In this document: positions 57,111-62,196 of the stretch, piece by piece
How the letters are laid out: every line of letters begins with the position of its first letter
Numbering within the stretch: position 1 is the first letter of the stretch
Source of the DNA: Candidatus Levybacteria bacterium RIFCSPLOWO2_12_FULL_39_17
Lineage (GTDB): Bacteria > Patescibacteriota > Microgenomatia > Levybacterales > GWA1-39-11
Assembly: GCA_001782675.1 (NCBI GenBank)
Contig: MFPJ01000035.1
Span: 1 to 62,196, forward strand
Length of the DNA stretch: 62,196 nt
Direction of reading: 5' to 3'
Program-made: the position numbers and the translations under genes
The notes under the pieces: model-generated
Told to the model about the DNA's origin: nothing
The model's input: only the letters and a program-made list of their open reading frames with translations
The model's database searches: none

Positions 57111-59189
57111 GTGAAAGTAATTGCAAGAAAATCATTGAGCTTTATTCTCCTGGCATTGGCTTTTTTTATTTTTTTCCTTGCGCTTTTTGGTTTGGGTACA
57201 TACGCTCATTTTCTCCCTGATCTCGCAAGAAAAGAAACTATTGTAAATAACAATGACACCGGTTTAATCTTGCTTGACGATCAGGGAAATTATTTTTTCA
57301 AGTTTTATGAAGCAAAAAACAGGAAGTATGTAAAGCTTTCGCAAGTATCCGATTATGTCAAAAAAGCCGCAATCGCGGTTGAGGACAAAGAGTTCTATGA
57401 TCATAGGGGCTTTTCTTTGAAGGCAGTAGCAAGATCTATCCTTCTAAATATTCAAAAAAGCACACTTACCTATGGAGGATCAACTATTACACAGCAACTT
57501 GTTAAAAATTCGCTTCTAACAGCGGAGAGAAGTTTAGTCAGAAAATATCAGGAATTAATTTTGGCCCGCGAAATTGAAGCAAGATACAAGAAAGATGAGA
57601 TTCTTGAGATGTACATTAACTCTGTTTATTTTGGGGAGGGGGCATTCGGAATTGAAGAGGCTTCGGAAATATATTTCGGGAAAAGCTCCAAAGATTTGAA
57701 TTTATCCGAAAGTAGCTATTTAATTGGTCTTCTACCCTCCCCTTCGAAATTTTCTCCATACTCAGGTGATAGAAAGTTATCCAAAAAAAGGCAGGAATTT
57801 GTTTTAGAAAATATGAAAATAGAAAAGTTCATAACTCAAGAAGATATTGATCGTGCCCTTTCCTCAGAACTCACCTTTAAAACAAACCCTGAGAATCTCG
57901 ATCTCATAGCCCCCCATTTTGCCTTAATGGTTCGCGACAAACTTATAGAGGAATATGGTGAAGAACAGGTTATAAGATCAGGATTTAAAGTGAAAACCAC
58001 TCTCAATAGGCAATGGCAGAAAATGGCCGAGGAAATTCTCGCAAGAAACATTGCACTGCTCCACAGAAACGGCGCAAGTAACGGTGCGGTTGTTGTTATG
58101 GACCCCAAAACAGGTGATATAAAAGTTATGGTAGGAAGCGTGGACTGGAACAATGAGAGTTTTGGTAAGGTTAATATGGCCCTTGTTCCAAGGCAACCGG
58201 GTTCAGCATTCAAGCCGATTGTGTATGGTACTGCTTTTGAGGAGAGATTGATCACTTCGGCAACGGTTTTGCCTGATGTTCCATCAACCTTTAGGATAGA
58301 AGACTGCAGATTTAACTGCCTTTACTCGCCTCGAGATTACGATGGAAAGTTCAGGGGGAATGTATTGGTCAGGCGAGCGCTGGCCAATTCCCTTAATATT
58401 CCGGCTGTTCATGTAATGAAAAAGGTTGGGGTGTCACGGGTTTTATCTAAAGCCAAATACTTAGGTATCTCTACCTTAGGAGACGAATCCAATTATGGAC
58501 TATCACTGGTTTTGGGTGCCGGAGAAGTTTCCCTGGTTGAAATGGTTGATGTTTATGCTTCGTTTGCAAATGAAGGAGAATATCAACATTATAAATTTAT
58601 TGATGAAATAATAGACAAAAAAGGAAAGCATATTTATTTAGAAAAAGATGAGGCACGACGCGTTTGGAGCCAAGAGGTTGCATTCTTAATCTCATCTATT
58701 TTGTCTGATGTTCAAGCAAGGGCTGAAATTTTTGGAAATGCTTTGAACATTCCAATACCCGCGGCAGTAAAAACAGGCACAACTACATCATACCGCGACG
58801 CATGGACAATTGGATATAGTCCAAGTCTTGTCATAGGTGTCTGGGTTGGAAATAACAATAATAGGGCAATGGATAATGTTGCAGGTTCCCTGGGCGCCGC
58901 CCCCATATGGCGCGAGCTAATGGAAGCGTATCATAGTGGTTTGCCTCGGCAAAACTTCACCCCCCCTCCAAGAATTGTTCAGATTCCTTTATGTTCGTCT
59001 GCGGGAAAGGAGTTTTTTATAGCAGGGACCGAGCCTCGGACAAATTGTTTTGTAAATCTTACAGGAAAAAAAGCCTCAGGCTCGGCAGATATAAAATTTG
59101 ATAAAGATGAATTCAGAAACAGATCTGGAGAAAACAGTGGAAAAAACTCAAAAGATAACGATGGCAACGACGGATTAGAGCTAAATTAA
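57111..59189 (+). CDS. class A penicillin-binding protein (second copy)
   Basis: 692 aa. GT51 motifs AVEDKEFYDHRGF and GGSTITQQLVKN; transpeptidase motifs SAFKP and KTGTT. Confidence 0.9.
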   Translation: MKVIARKSLSFILLALAFFIFFLALFGLGTYAHFLPDLARKETIVNNNDTGLILLDDQGNYFFKFYEAKNRKYVKLSQVSDYVKKAAIAVEDKEFYDHRGFSLKAVARSILLNIQKSTLTYGGSTITQQLVKNSLLTAERSLVRKYQELILAREIEARYKKDEILEMYINSVYFGEGAFGIEEASEIYFGKSSKDLNLSESSYLIGLLPSPSKFSPYSGDRKLSKKRQEFVLENMKIEKFITQEDIDRALSSELTFKTNPENLDLIAPHFALMVRDKLIEEYGEEQVIRSGFKVKTTLNRQWQKMAEEILARNIALLHRNGASNGAVVVMDPKTGDIKVMVGSVDWNNESFGKVNMALVPRQPGSAFKPIVYGTAFEERLITSATVLPDVPSTFRIEDCRFNCLYSPRDYDGKFRGNVLVRRALANSLNIPAVHVMKKVGVSRVLSKAKYLGISTLGDESNYGLSLVLGAGEVSLVEMVDVYASFANEGEYQHYKFIDEIIDKKGKHIYLEKDEARRVWSQEVAFLISSILSDVQARAEIFGNALNIPIPAAVKTGTTTSYRDAWTIGYSPSLVIGVWVGNNNNRAMDNVAGSLGAAPIWRELMEAYHSGLPRQNFTPPPRIVQIPLCSSAGKEFFIAGTEPRTNCFVNLTGKKASGSADIKFDKDEFRNRSGENSGKNSKDNDGNDGLELN

Positions 59190-59221
59190 ACAAAAGGTGT
59201 GGATAATGTATTTAGGATCAA

Positions 59222-59236
59222 CAAGGAGTATCCTTG
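59222..59236. repeat. CAAGGAGTATCCTTG palindrome (single unit)
   Basis: Abuts the stop codon of the convergent beta-helix gene. Confidence 0.7.
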
Positions 59237-60433
59237 TTAGCAGGGGTCTGTGGGTTTGAATTCCGATCCATGAGAGCCCACGGAATCGCCCTTGGAATTG
59301 TCTTCCATCGTGTTTCCGCAAACTTTTCCCTGAGGTTCTCTTTGAAACTTAATTCCCCCCGACTTATTACCACGGATTATATTTAAATAGATGTCATTGT
59401 TAATTCCGTTGCCCTTCTCGTCTCCTCCGAGTCTTACCCCCGCGCCTTTATTATCAAAAATTTCATTAAGTCTGAAAATATTATTTTCTCCCCGCGAATC
59501 AAATCCCCCCGAATTTGAATCTTTTTGTCCGGTACAGCGATTATTTTCGATAATATTTTTTGCCGCTGCCTCCTTAATATCAACACATTCATTTCCTTGA
59601 GTATCAAAAAAGTTATGATGAATCCAGTTATTGTTGGATTCGTCAGGGTCGGATGTCGGATTTTTTCCGTCCTTGAGCTGTTCAGGCGCTGTTCCTATAT
59701 ATACACCTTCTCCGTTTTTCCCTCCGTCACCAAAGACAAAATCATGAATTCCGCAATTTTCTATAGTGTTATATGCAATTTCACTGAATTTCACAAGATA
59801 GCGTAGCCTTATACACTCCCCGCCGGCATTTCTTATGGCCATATTGAATATTCTTGTCCCCGTAATACCTACCTTGGGCTCTTTACCTAAAATATACAAA
59901 AGCTTATCGCGGTATCCGGAAGCTGAATTTGAAGAATCAAACTTTCCGTCTAGCGTGAATCCTGAGAGAGTTATGTAGCTATGGTTAATTTCAGCAACCC
60001 GGGCGTTTGCTCCTCCTTTGACAACTGCCTCTTTTGGTCCCGTAATGGTGATTGGAAACCCGCTTTCCCCGCTTCTTTTTGACACAAAATTTTGAAGATA
60101 TACACCCGGAGCAAGATTTATTGTTTCTCCCGCGGTGGCCTGATCCAATGCTTTCTGAATTGTTCTGAAGGCAAGATCGGGAGATGTACCGGCATTTTGA
60201 TCGGAGCCTGTTGGGTTTACAAAATACTCAATACCCGCACTCTGCCCGTTTTGAGGTGATTGGATGGTTTCAGGAGTTGGAACATCTGAAGCAAAAGTAG
60301 ATGGTTTGTTTTGCGAATTTTGAGCCCTGGAGTCTCCATAGAGTAGAATATTTCCAATCAAAAGGCTTAGGATGAGAAAAGAAGATGCGAGAATGGTGAA
60401 TTTGAGTGACGGGTGTGGAATTTTTTTAAACAT
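59237..60433 (-). CDS. secreted right-handed parallel beta-helix protein (DUF1565/pectate-lyase-like)
   Basis: 398 aa with a signal peptide. YFVNPTGSDQNAGTSPDLAFRTIQKALDQATAGETINLAPGVY, then beta-helix repeats. Confidence 0.7.
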   Translation of the reverse strand: MFKKIPHPSLKFTILASSFLILSLLIGNILLYGDSRAQNSQNKPSTFASDVPTPETIQSPQNGQSAGIEYFVNPTGSDQNAGTSPDLAFRTIQKALDQATAGETINLAPGVYLQNFVSKRSGESGFPITITGPKEAVVKGGANARVAEINHSYITLSGFTLDGKFDSSNSASGYRDKLLYILGKEPKVGITGTRIFNMAIRNAGGECIRLRYLVKFSEIAYNTIENCGIHDFVFGDGGKNGEGVYIGTAPEQLKDGKNPTSDPDESNNNWIHHNFFDTQGNECVDIKEAAAKNIIENNRCTGQKDSNSGGFDSRGENNIFRLNEIFDNKGAGVRLGGDEKGNGINNDIYLNIIRGNKSGGIKFQREPQGKVCGNTMEDNSKGDSVGSHGSEFKPTDPC

Positions 60434-60500
60434 GAAAATGCTGCCTCTAAACCTTAATTCTGGAGTTTAGAGGACTCAAGAAATATTGTCAAGCAATTGA

Positions 60501-60566
60501 TAAGGATACTCCTTGTCGTGCGTGATAAGGATACTCCTTGTCGGTAAACCTCCTTGTCGGTAAACC
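60501..60566. repeat. paired TAAGGATACTCCTTG palindromes plus a 16-nt tandem duplication
   Basis: taaggatactccttg-tcgtgcgtga-taaggatactccttg, then tccttgtcggtaaacc x2. Confidence 0.75.
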
Positions 60567-60604
60567 GATATTCCTTTGGAATGTTTGATCCGGCCGAGCC
60601 CGAG

Positions 60605-62173
60605 CTAAATTGAATAAGTATTTCTTTTGTTCTTTACTATTGTATTGTTGTTTAAATAGTTGACGCCACCGTAGACTTCCTTTGAGTAAATCCCATACGA
60701 TGAATTTTTTTCTATCAAATTATCAATTAGTTTATTATTGATAGCAGCGCCTGTTATGAAAAAGCCGGCTCTGTTATTTTTAACTTTATTATTTGCAATT
60801 TCATTACTTGAGGTTTTTATGTATAAAGCTCTTGGACTTTGCGTGATTTCATTATTTTTAATTATGTTTTTGTCGGATTTATCATACAGAAAGACTCCGT
60901 ATTTGGCGCTTTTTGCGAATGTATTGTCGCGGACATAGTTATTTGTTGAACTGCCGTATATTCTTATTCCGGTTTGATTCCGTTCCACCTGATTGTTCAA
61001 AACCAAATTGTTCTTTGAAGCAAAAATTGCAATCCCATCGGAATTCTCATAGACCCTGTTGTTTTCGATAAGATTGTTGTTTGAATCCTTATGGAGCATA
61101 ATTCCATGAAGGCCATTATTGTAGGAGATGTTGTTTCGAATGATATTATTTATGCATCTTTTGGAAAAGATCAAGCCGTGCGTTCCATTATCGTAAAATT
61201 TATTGTCCTCGACTAAAAATCCGTTTGAATCATCGTGTGGATCAAGTCCGTATCTCGCGTTTTTATAGAACTCATTATTGCGCCAAATCATAGATGTTGC
61301 GCCATATGTATATGCTCCAAAATAGTTGTGGTGAAATTTACTGTTTAGAACCTCGCCGGTTAGAAGACTATAGGGATACTTTGCCGGGGTCATTCTCATT
61401 GAGACGCCATATACAGACTGATCCTCAGGTTTTGTTCTTGGATGCCCCAAATATGCTAATTCCGAGTTATAGATATCCATTCTTGCCCCATCTTTTACTA
61501 AGATATAACTTCTTCCGTCATTATAATTTTCATCAACCTTATTTTTTTGGCTGTTCCATGAAGTGATTTTTGCTCCGTTTATCTCTAGAACCCCGCTGTC
61601 TACCCTCAAAAAAACGAATTTATTCTCATTGCTTTCAAGTCTTAACCAAGTAACCTCCGAAGGATTTAATGCAAGCATTACTCCGGTATGCAGTTTCAAA
61701 CTGGTTTTTAAGTGCCACACTTTTGGCGAAACCTCTTCTAATACATCTGCTCCCATTCTCTCCCGAACATCTTTTAGTGTTATTCTTTTGCCTCTGCCAA
61801 AAACTTCAATCGTATCCGTTATTGGGTTGCGCCACATGGTAACTATCTCAGGAAGTCTTCTTATTTGGTAATAAAAAGTAATAGGCAGATAAAAATTTAA
61901 ATTTTTTCTGGGAATACTCAATACATAACCCGGATCAATCGCGTACCAATTAGCTAAAACTCTTGAGTTTGCCGCAAGTAAATCATCCTGAGTAATTTCG
62001 AATTTCTGAGCAATTGAGAAAGTGGTGTCTCCGGGTTCGGTAACATACCGGGTTATCGCCGGTTGGCTTGAAAATTCCCCCCAGCGTTTAAGTAAATCGG
62101 ATGAAGGGGAAGGTTTTAAGGATTCATTTGAAATTAAATTATTGGGCGAGTCCGGCGCAGACGCCAAGGTCAT
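60605..62173 (-). CDS. LysM-domain + right-handed beta-helix (PbH1/NosD-like) repeat protein
   Basis: 522 aa. LysM segment YVTEPGDTTFSIAQKFEITQDDLLAAN, then many NN-rich beta-helix repeats. Confidence 0.7.
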   Translation of the reverse strand: MTLASAPDSPNNLISNESLKPSPSSDLLKRWGEFSSQPAITRYVTEPGDTTFSIAQKFEITQDDLLAANSRVLANWYAIDPGYVLSIPRKNLNFYLPITFYYQIRRLPEIVTMWRNPITDTIEVFGRGKRITLKDVRERMGADVLEEVSPKVWHLKTSLKLHTGVMLALNPSEVTWLRLESNENKFVFLRVDSGVLEINGAKITSWNSQKNKVDENYNDGRSYILVKDGARMDIYNSELAYLGHPRTKPEDQSVYGVSMRMTPAKYPYSLLTGEVLNSKFHHNYFGAYTYGATSMIWRNNEFYKNARYGLDPHDDSNGFLVEDNKFYDNGTHGLIFSKRCINNIIRNNISYNNGLHGIMLHKDSNNNLIENNRVYENSDGIAIFASKNNLVLNNQVERNQTGIRIYGSSTNNYVRDNTFAKSAKYGVFLYDKSDKNIIKNNEITQSPRALYIKTSSNEIANNKVKNNRAGFFITGAAINNKLIDNLIEKNSSYGIYSKEVYGGVNYLNNNTIVKNKRNTYSI

Positions 62174-62196
62174 TTGTTTGAAAAGATAAACAGACG

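Overview
A 62.2-kb, AT-rich bacterial window in the standard genetic code: TGA, TAA and TAG all end well-supported genes. Most of it is housekeeping genes in reduced forms: folD, purO-type IMP cyclohydrolase, gyrA, a membrane pyrophosphatase, gyrB, the rpsP-KH-trmD cluster, rnc, nusB, rpmF, recG, purD, tyrS, pheST, infC-rpmI-rplT, an editing-domain-less thrS, and a tig gene without a PPIase domain. Together with the features below, this gene content suggests a Candidate Phyla Radiation / Patescibacteria genome (inference only).

Other blocks:
- A complete, secretin-less type IV pilus locus at 10.1-22.2 kb: pilB/T/C on the minus strand; pilin, pilD, six more pilin-like genes and pilMNO on the plus strand.
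- A cell-wall / surface cluster at 53.4-62.2 kb: GH18, an S11 carboxypeptidase, a phosphodiester glycosidase, a second class-A PBP and two beta-helix proteins.
- Eight tRNA genes that I folded by hand.

The most interesting region is a ~4.95-kb island (48,026-52,976) inserted between tRNA-Val(TAC) and tRNA-Phe. It carries a large serine recombinase and a complete diversity-generating retroelement (RT, Avd, TR, VR-bearing target). All 20 TR/VR differences fall at TR adenines. Two abutting perfect inverted-repeat pairs (105 bp and 82 bp) partition the island. They share a 7-bp core, GTCCACA, at three sites whose arms relate like attL, an inverted attP and attR.

Further observations:
- An IS200/RAYT-type HUH transposase tightly bracketed by two copies of a ~49-nt double-hairpin repeat that has at least five copies in the window.
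- Pervasive degenerate 7-nt tandem repeats in spacers and inside the leader-coding regions of three consecutive pilin genes.
- Two other palindrome families.
- An in-frame TAA in tig.
- A cluster of tRNA-derived fragments.

No rRNA genes and no CRISPR array were seen.
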